DNA from: Amoebophrya sp. A120
Lineage: Eukaryota; Protista; Dinoflagellata
Length of the DNA stretch: 64,000 bases
Assembly (NCBI GenBank): GCA_905178155.1
Contig: CAJINV010000027.1
Location: forward strand, 247,697 to 311,696
Direction: 5' to 3'
Made by a program: the position numbers and the translations under genes. This document shows positions 11,401 to 23,084 of the stretch, one piece after another. The stretch's first letter is position 1. Each line of letters begins with the position of its first letter. A model generated the notes under the pieces. It was not told where the DNA came from. It saw only the letters and a list, made by a program, of their open reading frames with translations, and did no database searches.

Positions 11401-14400
11401 GTGCACACCGATGCCATTTTGCAGGTCGTCCAGCTGCAGCAAAATTGCATTACAAACGCAAGTCGGCACGATGAAGGGTGTCTTGTCCACGCGATACAGA
11501 AAAATCAAGGGCTTTGCAAACCACCAAGACTTCGCCGGGGTGGGTGTCGCGCTTTCGGATGATGTCCAGGAGTATCGCGTCTGGGCAATGAAGAATATGA
11601 AGCGGAAAAATATCGTATAGCCCTGTGTCGGGTTTCGGAATGTCGTGCGAGCCTTCTGTACTAACTGGCCCGCCACAAGCGGACAAAGAGGTGGCACAGC
11701 CATCGCGGGTATGAGTTTTCTGCGCAGCCCCCTAATGTATGAGTTTTCCGCACGACAGCCGCATGTGTGAGCTTTTCCTCTTTTATGGGCCTAGATTATT
11801 GCATGGCAAATTTCCCCGGGCGCCCGAAACTGCGCAGGAGGAGGGACTCGTGGTCAAATATTTTTACAACTACTAAATCCGAAACCCGCATGACAGATTG
11901 GCTTTTCGGTCTTTTCAGAGGATGCTGAACCTCCTGAACGCCAACGCCTGGCGGACGGCGCACAACTATCACACAAAATTGGTTCGCCCGTGCTCCTCAG
12001 AAAGCAAAGCGCTGGGCACATGATTTTCCTCAATATTCTGCAAGCCGATAATACTGCGCAAATGCGCGAGACACATGCAGGGGGCCCGCTGAGGCTGAGT
12101 AACGCACGTTTATTTCCGTGCCCGCCCGAGCCCGCTCTTGTAGAGAGGCTACAGCTGGAAACAAGGTCCACGTGTAGAAATAAGGACGCTCAAGAAATAA
12201 GGCCGCTCTTTGCTTTCTAAGGGTCGGCGGGAGAACTACTTTTCGTGGCCATATAAGCTCCGCAACCCCCGCTCTGCTGGATATCGCATTGAAAATTGTT
12301 TTCTTAGGCTGGGGCGGTTTGTAAACTGATAGTGCGTCCGCGTTATGGCTGCATTGCCTGTGACGGGGGTCATTTCGTTGTACACAGCGGCTCCCGCTTG
12401 AGAAAATATTTTTCATGCGGATTTACAATGCCTGCGACGAACTGGGACTGCTGGTATAAATAAGTTCGCGAGGCCCTTCTCTGCTTTGTCAACAAAAAAT
12501 TGCACAGGGACTACAGTGCGCGGAGACGGATTTTCTTTATCACAAAAATGAAAGATCATGACCCATGCCGTAGTTGATGTTGATATGGACCTCCTTTGAC
12601 GCTTGTTCACGGTCGCGCGATAAAGTATTCAAAGCATGACAGATTTTGACGGATTGACTCAACCAAAACTACAGGTTTGGGCGGAAAATCATCGGAACAA
12701 GCTGTCTCCAGACTCGTACAAGCTATCAATGGCAAATGTGGCTGGGTTTGGAAAAATGCAAAAGTTTGTAATGCAGGTATGGGAGCAGGCCTAGGCCTAG
12801 CACGACAGAGCCAAAAATCCTCGGCTTTAGCTACTCATGCATTCATGCATGATGACAGATTTTTGTGTGCCCGACCAGCCGCATCACAAATTTGAAGCTT
12901 CCCAGACCCAGACATCATATTTACACACCATACAAGCAGGACCTCGTCGATATGGTGAAACTGAACCGCAATCGTTATCATTCGAAAAAACAATAACGCA
13001 GCACCTTTGTCGGGCAGTTCTGCATGGCCAGAAAGTTTGTCATGCGTCCAAGCCCAAGAAGTAGTATTTTTCAACCAGGTCTTAGACTTTGTAATGCGTT
13101 AATCAGGACAAGACAGCCTCTTTGTGACGCAGCTGCACCTTTTAGTCGCGACCAGGCAATAGACCCAAATTTGTCATGCGTCTCTGCCAAGAGATCTTCT
13201 TGTTGATTTGTATAGCAGAGTAGTGTACATCTTGACTATTTTGTGGAAGACACGTTTTTCTAGATGATAATCGCGCCAGCGTCTTCATGTGGTCGGTGTG
13301 CAACGAGCGACTGTGCTGCCCGGAGCGGAGCCCATGCGACTTTGGCGATAAAGCTGTATCCAACAGAAAAAGAAAACCGATAGATCTGGTAGGTTTTTCA
13401 CATAGATTCTCACGTTGCACTTCGAGCAAAACTACAAATTCCGCTTTGCATAGCCGCAGGCAATGCACTACTTTTTCATGATGCCAAATGCCTGTAGTTC
13501 GGCATAGGAATAAGAAACATAAATTACCGGGAAGATTTGTCATGCCTAACAGCCAAAATGAGATTTTTCTTGACCCTGATTTATTTACGTGAACACATGC
13601 TTTTTTTCTGTGGAATAACCAGTCGTGGACACCGCAAGAGACATCATCGCCCTCATCCGGAAGCTGGATCCGGGCTTCGGGGCGAGCAGGACGGGCGCAG
13701 GCACTGCCAGCCTCTCGGAACGCCGGATCTCCTCCGCGTGCAACACAAACGACCTGGAAAACGCACGGCCTTTTCTCGAGCTGATGGACGTGATCGGAAT
13801 TAACTACCACCTCCACACCTACGACACAGTACGCAAACTCTTCCCGCGCCATCCGCTCATCGTGTCTATCAGAGGGAAAAATCCCCCCTCCCCATATCGA
13901 AACGAAGTTTCTGATGCTGGATTTGCGTACACAAATAAGGTCTGTCTTGCTGGAGAGTACTTCAGGCATACGCCAAGCCTGGGGCGAGCGGTTTAGTTTT
14001 GACGCAGGGGACAGCATGACAGGCGTCGGCTCTGTGAGCCCAACAGCATCACAAACCGCCGGCATAATGCGGCGGACTCTCTGGCTTTGCCTTCTTGCAA
14101 GACAGACAGGATTTGTGACCTCAAATCTGCATCGCAAAATTTCAGACGAATGCGCTTTCAATATGGGGAGGGGGGATTTTTCCTTTCAATAGTGTCCGAG
14201 GCAAGCTCAGACTACAGCACTCGCGGGGAATATCGCACGAAAAAAGTGTTTCAGTGTAAGGATTTTGCAAGGTTTGCATCAGAAGTTTGTTCTGCACCAC
14301 AGAGAAAAGTTGCCATGCGAGATTCCTAAGGGAAAACACACCTAAAAATCCATTGTCTTGCATGTGTAGCAAGACAAATACTTGTCAGATACATTTTCTG

Positions 14401-16712
14401 CATTACAAGTTTACAGTGAAACAGTTTTTTCTTGCGATAGGGAATACTCGACGGACCAGAAAAAGCAGTATGTGTCCAGCTTCGACACCGAGTACCCGCC
14501 GTGGGGCAACACCGCGGAAGACAGCTGGTGTGCAGTGAAGGAGAAGCCCTTCGTCAGCGGCCAGTTTTACTGGACCGGCTTCGACTATCGCGGCGAGCCA
14601 ACGCCGTTCTACAAATTCCCGAGCCTCACCTCGCACTTCGGCAATTTGGATCTTGCCGGATTTCCCAAGGACAACGCTATGTACCACCGTGCCCTTCTGG
14701 CCGAACCCTTCTCGGAGTCGGGCGACAAGCTCGTACATCTCGTCGCGGCGGATTGGTGGCACAAGACCTATGCAACGAAAAATTTACTGACAGATATACA
14801 TTCACTAGGTTGCAGAGGACAAAGCTCTGCAGACAAACTTTGTCATGCCTGAAATGTCCAGAAGACAGGTTTCCTGGCTGTGTACTTTCTATTACCGAGT
14901 GGTCCACAGTGCAAATACATCCGGAAGACGAATTGGTGTTGCGAAACTTGCAAAAGTGCTGTTGCAAGTGTAATACTGATACATTTTTCCTGGGATAAAG
15001 CTGCGAGCGGGACTGCAAATAACACCACTGCGTTTATGGACAGAAAAAAAACCATGTCAGCTTGTCGCTTGAGTAGTTTGAAATTGAAATGCAACATGGA
15101 TACAATATTTTTGTATGGTTCCGACAGGAGAGGGCCTTCTGCGTGATATGCATATTTTCTCATGCTATTTTGCATTCTTGTTTTAGCATTCAAACTGAAT
15201 CTGTCTCTCGCGAACTGTTGATGACATTTCTTTGATTCCATATCGCCGTTCCCCGTTTGGGTGTACGCGAGTGAAAGTGCCGGGAAGGACGGAGTCAACC
15301 TGATCGGTAAGTACGCGAAGAGCACGAAAAACTTCGGCACCAAGAACCTTTCCGAGCCGTGTCGGCACGCCGAATGGACCCTGATGGCGGAAGACCTCCA
15401 AGGCCTCACCGCGCTTACCGCGGCCAGTGTCAGATACCCCAACATCACAGCCTCGATCGCGAAACCAGGACCCGCTGCGCGCTTGCAGCTCGACGTGGAC
15501 TGGCCGATTGCAAGAAGGCGCCCGTCATCTATCATAAAGAAAAGCGCACCCATAAGCTTGCTTTGCTAGAGTAGTGAGACTAAAAGCTCTGTAGTGCAGG
15601 CAATGCTGTAGGAGCTGTTTTTTCGTAAAAAATGCAATGTGTAATGCGTGATAGATTTGAGATAGGTGGTCCTTGAGAATTTTATCTGGCTAGACCTACA
15701 CTACAAAGCTTCTAGTGACACCAAAAACTACGCAAAATCATTCTTATGTGTGGCACGCGTGTGCTTTTCTTTGTGATAATACCACCGACCGCGAGTCGCC
15801 GTCTGCTGCCGCACGGTTTGGCCGGGCCGATTACGAAAAGCACGTTTCTGGTGCGCGTCGCAGCGTATGACGACGCCGGAATTCTGGTGCGCGACGAGAG
15901 CGCCTTGAAGGTCGACTTCGCCCTGCACTTCGCGCACAAAATAGCGACTTCGTCGAAGCTTCCTGCAAGAATTGTGGGGCTCGGGAGCGGGAATCCCACT
16001 TCGTTGGAGCAGGAAAAGTATACCCTGCAAAAGTATCGTACCCGTATAAATGCATTACAAATTTCCTCAGCATGAGAAATATAATTTGTAATGCGGATTG
16101 AGCCTAAGAGCAAGATTTGTAATGCATGAATGCAATTACTGCGAGTACGATACTTTTGCACAGGATGAAAAGCCGCTGAACGCCACCCACGGGTCTATCG
16201 AAAAAAAATGATTCTGCTATGAGTTTGTCATGCAGCTTTTGCAAGGCCAAGAAAAGAATCTGTGTGCTACCCTAACTTCAGTTACTCACCCGAAATCTGT
16301 CATGCGCCAAGGTGCTCAGTATACAGCACTTTTCACGACCCCACACCACAGCATGGTCACAAGCTCGAGCTATCGTTACTGTTTTGCAAAAATTGCATGA
16401 CAATCGTCAAGCTGAAATTTTTCCATCATTCTTACGCGAATTCTGTTTCACGGGCTTGCCCGCATAGTGCTCGACGTGCAGGAAAGCGGCGAACTAGCGG
16501 ATGGCGCTCCTGGACAACCATCTGTGCTTGTCGCTACTGCCCCCGGACTTGAGTCGGCGTCCCTCGCGCTGGTAACGCCGACAATCCCGGCAAGTAGGAC
16601 CCGGGCCCACGCACACCTCCGCGATGAGCCCGTACAGGAGAAGCTCGGGCACTCGATGTCGACCTCAGATGCGGACGCGCAGGACGAGGAGGCGCTTTCC
16701 ATCTATGCGTGA
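5496..16712 (+). CDS. Glycoside hydrolase family 2 (beta-galactosidase-like), multi-exon, possible signal peptide
   Basis: Motifs WRSV/TLPHDY, LEFQGV..VWVNG, WWYDGGGIYRHV, GFYLNDRP/IKGFANHQDFAGVGVA, FMWSVCNE (acid/base Glu), PLIVSEASSDYSTRGEY, GQFYWTGFDYRGEP, GSGNP. Exon 1 (5496-5811) joins in frame through GT-AG intron 5812-6035. The 3' end is less certain. Confidence 0.9.
6375..6639. mobile_element. Introner, family A
   Basis: TIR plus TSD TCCAT. Confidence 0.92.
6735..7045. mobile_element. Introner, family B
   Basis: TIR plus TSD GTACG. Opposite internal orientation to 20765-21074. Confidence 0.92.
7494..7779. mobile_element. Introner, family A-like
   Basis: TSD TCGAA, interior similar to 2728-2991. 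Confidence 0.85.
9945..10156. mobile_element. Introner, family D (TATCGCAAGAAAAAACTGTTTCACTGT TIR)
   Basis: TIR, TSD CGGCT/TGGCT, 212 bp. Confidence 0.88.
13867..14191. mobile_element. Introner, family B
   Basis: TIR, TSD GTGTC, splits the GH2 PLIVSE motif. Confidence 0.9.
14231..14439. mobile_element. Introner, family D
   Basis: TIR, TSD GGGAA. Confidence 0.9.
16019..16167. mobile_element. Short introner (149 bp)
   Basis: TIR tgcaaaagtatcgtac / gtacgatacttttgca, TSD AAAAG. Confidence 0.85.
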
Positions 16713-16783
16713 ATCTGTCATGCAAAACTACAGCCGGCGCTACCTGCAACCGAGTCGCCGTGATCGAGAACTTGCTGATGCCC

Positions 16784-17045
16784 TATCAAATGTAAAAATG
16801 TCTGGGTCTGGAAGAATGCAACTTTTCATGCTAAATCTGAATCATGCATAAATCTGTGTTGCATGATTACCAAAAGTCGTCCAGCTTTGACCAAGTCGGG
16901 AGGGTGTTTCTCATGCAGGATAGGCATGAGAGAGATCGCACAGAATCTGTCATGCTAGGTCCTGCATTCCCGACCTCATGGGTCATGGAAAAGCTGCATG
17001 ACAAATCGCGAATTCTTCCAGAACCAGACACTTTTACATTTGATA
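16784..17045. mobile_element. Family A element just downstream of the GH2 stop
   Basis: TIR, TSD TGCCC. Confidence 0.92.
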
Positions 17046-17754
17046 TGCCCAAACTACTGCCAAATTTGTTCTAGCCCCGTGCGGGCAGCTAGAATCTCTT
17101 CCTGAAGAACTGCGCGCACAACATGAAAAGCGTCGAGTACGTGATGGGGCGTGTGGGAAGCCTGCTGCTGCACCACGGGACGCTACGGCTTTACGGTACT
17201 GGCAGAGGGCAGTTTTTTCTGGACAACCCTCTCCTGTGCACGCAGGAGGCTGGCGGGGCCGTCAGCTTGCCTAGCGATCAGTTCTGAAGCCGCGACGGAC
17301 ACCTCCACGGGCGAAAGGTAATACGGCATCAAGAATTCGCTCCTGCAACTTTGTGCACCGCCCTACTATTCCGTCGTCGGTCGTCCCTCTCTGTGTGAAG
17401 AACCTGCCGTGTGCTATGTGGAAGCACACCTGCGGATGAGGGGGACCTGGGTGCAACGTGTGCGCGGTTGCCCGCAAGTTTGCCTTTCGCGACCACGGCG
17501 TGGCGGCAAAATCGACCACAACTGTGTCTACGAACCGTACTTGACCCACTTCCGCTACATCAACGCGTTTATGAGTACCCGAGGAAACTCTGCTTCGAGC
17601 AGAGACGCAATTTCTCAAATTACTCATGCAGCGGACTACTGTCTAGTGTAACTATATCTGAAAAAAGAAGCTGTGAGAAAAAAGCAAGGGCGGCCGTAGC
17701 CACGACCTAGCAATGGCAAGCTGTTGCGCTTTCTAAACCTAACTCAAAGCATGC

Positions 17755-18545
17755 GGGCGTTCAGTGTCGCCTGCATTTGAAAAAGCCCGCCCTCGGCGCG
17801 CAAGGGGCTCGCGGCCAAAGTGCAAAATTGCCTATTAAAATGCAAAATCTGTTGTCGGCCCGGACGGGGGCGCGCCTAGTGCTGGCGCAGTTCAGCCTCC
17901 CCGGCGGCTTTGGTGGTGTAACTTGCCGGCCCCCTTTCACGTGGCGTTGTCGCTTGCCTGTTGCGCATGCGCTGCACAAAGCCCCCGAGCCATTTTTCTG
18001 GCGCGGCGGAAGTTTGCTCCGCAAACAAGTCCCCCAACCCGCTCGAAGCGGTAGGGCCGCGACACGAGAAAGTACACGACGATGGCAGGCACAAACAGCG
18101 CGCCCCGGCACTGCGTGATCCTGACAGCCCTGTAGCGTTGCCGTGGCTGCGATTGCGGCGCCGCGTGGTTCTGGGCCTTTCGGGGCCTTGTCCGAACTGC
18201 TCGGAAACCGACGCGCCCAAGGGGGTGGCCCCGGCGTAGGAATGGCCTCAAAATCACTGCCAGACGAGCACGCAGACCGACGAAAAGCAGAGGCGCAGGT
18301 AACTGGGCCGCAGGCCAAAATCGAAGCAAAGAAAAAGCTAAGATTCGCCGCAAGCAGCCGCGCCCGCCTCGTCCCCATGTTGTATTTTAGGCCCAAGGAG
18401 CGGCGCGGCAGGGTTTTCAGATTTGCGCCACAGCAAAAAAAAAAACGCTGCCCGGAAAGGGGCCCGCGTGCAGGCAATTGGGGAAGCCTACGCACGCGCC
18501 CCGCCTTGAAGGGCTCTACTGGGTCTTGCGGTCACGGCCTGGGCC
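17755..18545. repeat. GC-rich non-coding segment, probable repeat or mobile-element remnant
   Basis: Sharp GC rise with homopolymer runs. The overlapping ORFs look spurious and the composition resembles the inserts at 28511 and 34446. Confidence 0.35.
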
Positions 18546-18939
18546 TCCTGCTAGTGGTGGCTACGAATGCGCGATGCAGCCATATGAAAAAAATTGAAAC
18601 CTCATCTGCCTTATTGTTGCGAGGTCAGTTCTACGGTCAGTCTCATGATATAGAGCTGCTAAGACCCAGCGTTGGCGTGGTCCTAAGTAATGCTGGCGTA
18701 AGGAAATTGGTCAGTTTACCGGCACTAAGCCTGAATTCCCAGCAGTGCAATTTCCGAAGCAAAGCAATATCATTCAAACACACATGCCCAACGTAGAAGA
18801 CGGAAAGACCTCTAGGTTGTTGATTCGCATGTAAGTACGCCCGATTAAGTAGCCACGTATTGAAAACAAAATAATGGTCTGCGACTAGCCGGCCTGCCTT
18901 TCGCCGATGAAGGACTGCTAGTGGAACCGCCCAGCTACC

Positions 18940-21900
18940 ATGGGCTCGTCACCGGAAGATGTCCTCCGAAGCGCGAAGATCCAGAGCTATGCCTGTCCCC
19001 GGAACCAGGTGTGTGCGCTGGTCGACGCAAGGGCCTTGGGCTATCTCGAGGGCTTCCTGCTATCTTGGAGAAAAAAACTAGCAGGACATATTTCCAATGC
19101 AAAAATACACGTATAAAAGAATCTGTCATGTACATCCTAAACTCGATGCCAGGCGCACGCCCATGAGAGAATTTTTTTTCCGCTTCAATAATTTTGCATT
19201 GCAAATGTGCTCTGCTAGCTTCTTTCTGTGGGATACCTGCAGGAGATTGCCCAGCGGAACCCGCGCAGCCCTGCTACCTATGCATTGCAAAATCGTGTGG
19301 GTCTGGAAGAGTGCAGGTTTGTCATGCTTGTCGCACATGACAGTTGAATCTGTAATGCGTAAGCAAGAAGAAAGCCTCTTGCCTGTCATGCAAAAGCGCA
19401 GTTTGCCATACGAAAGGCGAAACGCAAAAGAGCCCAAAAACTTGTCATGCGTGGCTGCGTATTGCAGTGCGCCCATAATTCAAAAACTAGCATCACAAGT
19501 TTCCAGACACCCAGGGATATTTGCAGTGCATACTACCAACGAGCCCGCAATCGTGGTTCCCCTCCGAATATCTTGAGAAATTGGTGTTACAGTTACGCAC
19601 CCTGACGCAAGACCAGCAAGACAGACAACGTCTGTCATGCAAAAAATGCTTTCCACAAGCCTCACAACTTCATCGACGTTTTTCCCCTTATTGTCTGCGC
19701 ATTACAATTTTTCTTTGCCATGCAGGGCAACTTTGTGATGCTGAAATTGCAACAAATGTGTCACTGTAGCACTTCTTTCGTGCGATACCGGACGTCTCCG
19801 GATGGTAACTGCCTGGTGAACGCCGTCTCCATTGCGGTGTCCGGGACGGAAGCGCACAGTGGCGTGCTGCGCGAAAAGATGGCAGCGGAGCTGACGGACA
19901 ACGGAAACTGGTACCACAACAAGTTGGTCATCGCGCACGGAACCGCAGAGGCTGCGACGAAGGAGCTGGAGCAGGCGAAGCAGCAAGCGAGCTCCCCGCA
20001 AGCGTTTCTGGGCAGCCTGCACATGCTGGCGCTGGCCAACGTCTTGGAGCGGCCGGTGATTCTCGTCGCAAGCAGGGAAAACATGCGGACCCTCGTATCA
20101 AGATGGAAAATCCCCCGTCCCGATATTCAAAACGAAATTTGTGATGCTGGGTTTGTGTACACAAATAAACTGCGTCTTGCAGTAAGGACTGGAAGCAAGG
20201 TAGTTCTCAGCCTGTTTAGAAGCAGTAGGCCCTAGTTGTCTAGCATGACAAACGCCTACCCCCGTAGCCGAACAGCCTGAGAAATTGAATCCAGAATGCG
20301 GCGCACACTTCTGCGCCTACCTTCTTGCAATACCACGCCGATTTGTGGCCACAAATCTACATACAGAAACTGTATTTTTGAGTATGGGGAGTGGGGATTT
20401 TTCCTCGGAGTACCGCGGCGTCGGCTACCACGGATATGAAGTGCAAATATGTCCGGGTCTAGAGGGTTCCGAACTTGTCATGCTAGGTCTGGATCATGCA
20501 AAAATCTGTGTTGCATGATAACCAAATGTTGTCTACGACGTTTGAACAGGTTGAGAGGGAATTTCTCATGCAGTATGGACATAGTTGTAGACATCTCGAA
20601 AATAATACGTCATGCTAGTCCTGCCGTCCAGATCTCGCGGGTCATGGAAAATCAGTACTTATCAGCATGACAACTCTTGCAATCTTCCAGAAGAACCCAG
20701 ACATATTTGTACTGCATAACGGACTCGCCGGAACGTTTCTCCCCGTGCGGGTACTCGAGGGCTTTATCAAACGGAAAAATCCCCCCTCCCCATATCGAAA
20801 TGGAAATCTGTGATGCAGGATTTGAGGTACCAAATCGACTTGTCATGCTAGAAGGCCAAGAGCCGCAGTCGTGGTCTCGTTTGCAGGCAATTTGTCATGC
20901 TGTTTCCCACTCTCAGCTGCCTCCTATCATGCTGAAGATGCAAGGCTCCCCCACGCCACCCAGCACTCAGTCCGCATCTTTTCCCGTGTAGCATGACAAA
21001 GCTGATTTGTGACAACAAATCTGCATCACAGATTTCAGTTTTGATATGGGGAGGGGGGATTTTTCCTTTTGATAGGCTTGCAGGCCGAACAAGAGGATCC
21101 GGCGGCCAAATCCCTGCTGGCGCAGAAGCGACCCGTGGTTCTCGCCTGGGGCAGCGAAGCGCGGGACCATTTCGTGCCGCTCATGGGCGTCGGAACGGAA
21201 ATATCCGTCGGCTTCCCGGTTCCAGCACCGCTCGCAAACGAGGGTGAGCTGCCCGACCCCTTCTCCCCGCCCCAGGTGCCGCAGGCGTGGATCGACTACC
21301 TCTGCCGAAGCTGCGGCGAGCAGGTGTACTGTGGTTGCTGGGAGGCCTATCAACAGGAAAAATGCCCCCTCCCCATATCGAAAACGAAATTTGTGATGCT
21401 GTATTTGAGTACATCAGAAATCGACCTGTATTGCAAGAAGGCCAAGAGACGCAGCTGTGGCCTAAATTGGAGGCAATCTGTCATGCTGTTTCCCACTTCC
21501 AGTTGCCTCCTTTCATGTTGATGATGCAAGGCGTTCTACGCCAGCCAGCACTACAGTCCGCATCTTATGCCTTCTAGCATGACAAAGCTGATTTGTGGCC
21601 ACAAACCTGCATCACAGATATCCGTTTTGATATGGGGAGGGGGGATTTTTCTTCTTGATAAGGCCGCTTCCTTCACCGCCCCGCCACCGTCCATAAATCC
21701 GGAGTCAAAGCTGTTTCATCCGCACCAAGCTGCAGCTGCATCGCTCGGAACCTCTGTCGAGCCACCGCGCACACTGGAAACGGCGGTTGACGTGCTGTTG
21801 CTGCTCAAGCACGCCCACAGCGAGAATGCAGAATACGTCACGCTGCTCGAGACGCTGAGCAAGATGGTGAAAAACCTCGCTGACTTTCCGGCGGAGGCGA

Positions 21901-22404
21901 AGTATCGCAAAATCAACCTGGAAAACGCCGCGTTCCAGAAGCGGTGTGGGCGGTTTATCGGGAGTGTGGAACTCTTTCTCGCGCTCGGATTCCAGTATGA
22001 CGACCAAGCAACGTCCCTTGCGTCACTCACGCTGCCGAAAGAGCGCGAGAACGGAGAGCTCAATCGGCGAGTGGCGGGAACTATCAAATGCAAAAATGTC
22101 TGGGTCTGGAAGGATGTAACTTGTGATGCTGCATTTGGATTCTACAAAAATCTGTATTGCGTGAACAGCAAAAGAGGCCCAGATTTTGCGACGGCGAGAG
22201 GGCATTTGTCATGCGGTATAGGCATCAGGAAGCCATCACAAAATCTGTGATGCTGGGGCATGCATCACAGACATCAGGAGTCATGCGAAATGCATGACAA
22301 ACCTTGCATCCTTCCTGACGCAGACATTTTTACACTTGATAGGAACCCTCGGATCCATGCTGGCGCAGTACGGCAAAGACATCATGAAGACGACCCAAAA
22401 CTGA
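18940..22404 (+). CDS. VCPIP1-like OTU deubiquitinase with C-terminal PUB domain, multi-exon
   Basis: VVPLRTSPDGNCLVNAVS (catalytic Cys loop), HMLALANVLERPVILV, GTFLP, PVVLAWGSEARDHFVPL (His loop), then PUB-like KNLADFPAEAKYRKINLENAAFQ...LALGF. ATG 18940, TGA 22402-22404. Confidence 0.85.
19061..19235. mobile_element. Introner
   Basis: TIR aaactagcag / ctgctagctt, TSD CCTGC. Confidence 0.82.
19279..19532. mobile_element. Introner, family A-like
   Basis: TIR tatgcattgcaaa / tttgcagtgcata, TSD CTACC. Confidence 0.85.
20765..21074. mobile_element. Introner, family B
   Basis: TIR, TSD GGCTT, closely similar to 21348-21660. Confidence 0.92.
21348..21660. mobile_element. Introner, family B
   Basis: TIR, TSD AGGCC. 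Confidence 0.92.
22082..22341. mobile_element. Introner, family A
   Basis: TIR, TSD GGAAC. Confidence 0.92.
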
Positions 22405-22414
22405 TGCAGTGTGC

Positions 22415-22694
22415 TATCAAATGCAGATATGTTGTCGGGATCTGGTGGATAATAACATGCGACTTGTCATGCTGAGTATTGCATGACAGTGAGATCATGT
22501 TTTGAATATTGCATGACGACGCGAACGATGCTTTGCACAGCTCCGATTGCGATTTCAACTGTGTTTTGCATGACAAAGTCTCTCACAGCACGACAAAAAG
22601 CGTGGTCGCTCCTGTTCATGCACCACAGATCTATTCTTGCCCATGATCAATTCGCGCATGACAAATCCAGATCCAGGCATATTTGCAACGCATA
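22415..22694. mobile_element. Family A-like element in the 3' UTR of the OTU-PUB gene
   Basis: TSD TGTGC, starts 10 nt after the stop codon. Confidence 0.82.
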
Positions 22695-23084
22695 TGTGCC
22701 CGCCGCCACCTCGAATTCTGGAAGGATCGATTGTCCTCGTTAAAAACCAGATGAAAGACTCTCAAATCAATCGAAACCCAGCTCACTTGAGCAGGAAAAC
22801 AGGAAACAAACCATTGAAACCCGATATAGCAGTTGTTTTGCATCGTAGCAACCTAAACCAGAACCGTAAACATTGAAAATAAAACTCGTGTTGCGTAACC
22901 GAAGCTCCCGTTCTTCTAGAAAAAAGAATCGCACTTAGAGGCTTGCAAAAAGGCTTAAATTGAAGAAAGCCTAGTACTCTTTTCATCGTCCAGGAGTGTT
23001 CGTGTTTTGCCACGCAGCACAGAACAATTGCTGGCGTTTTCTTGTGCCTGTCATGATGTACACAGCGGACAATTTGCGTGTTTG

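Noticed and set aside
213-16712. Reading the fragmented genes as pseudogenes disrupted by MITEs
   Set aside because: Catalytic and conserved motifs are intact, and frames were restored at the junctions I tested even where the elements are heavily eroded.
16730-17650. Possible extra coding exons after the GH2 stop
   Set aside because: One frame is open across the 16784 element to about 17273, but I recognise no domain and no supported link to GH2, so it is left uncalled.
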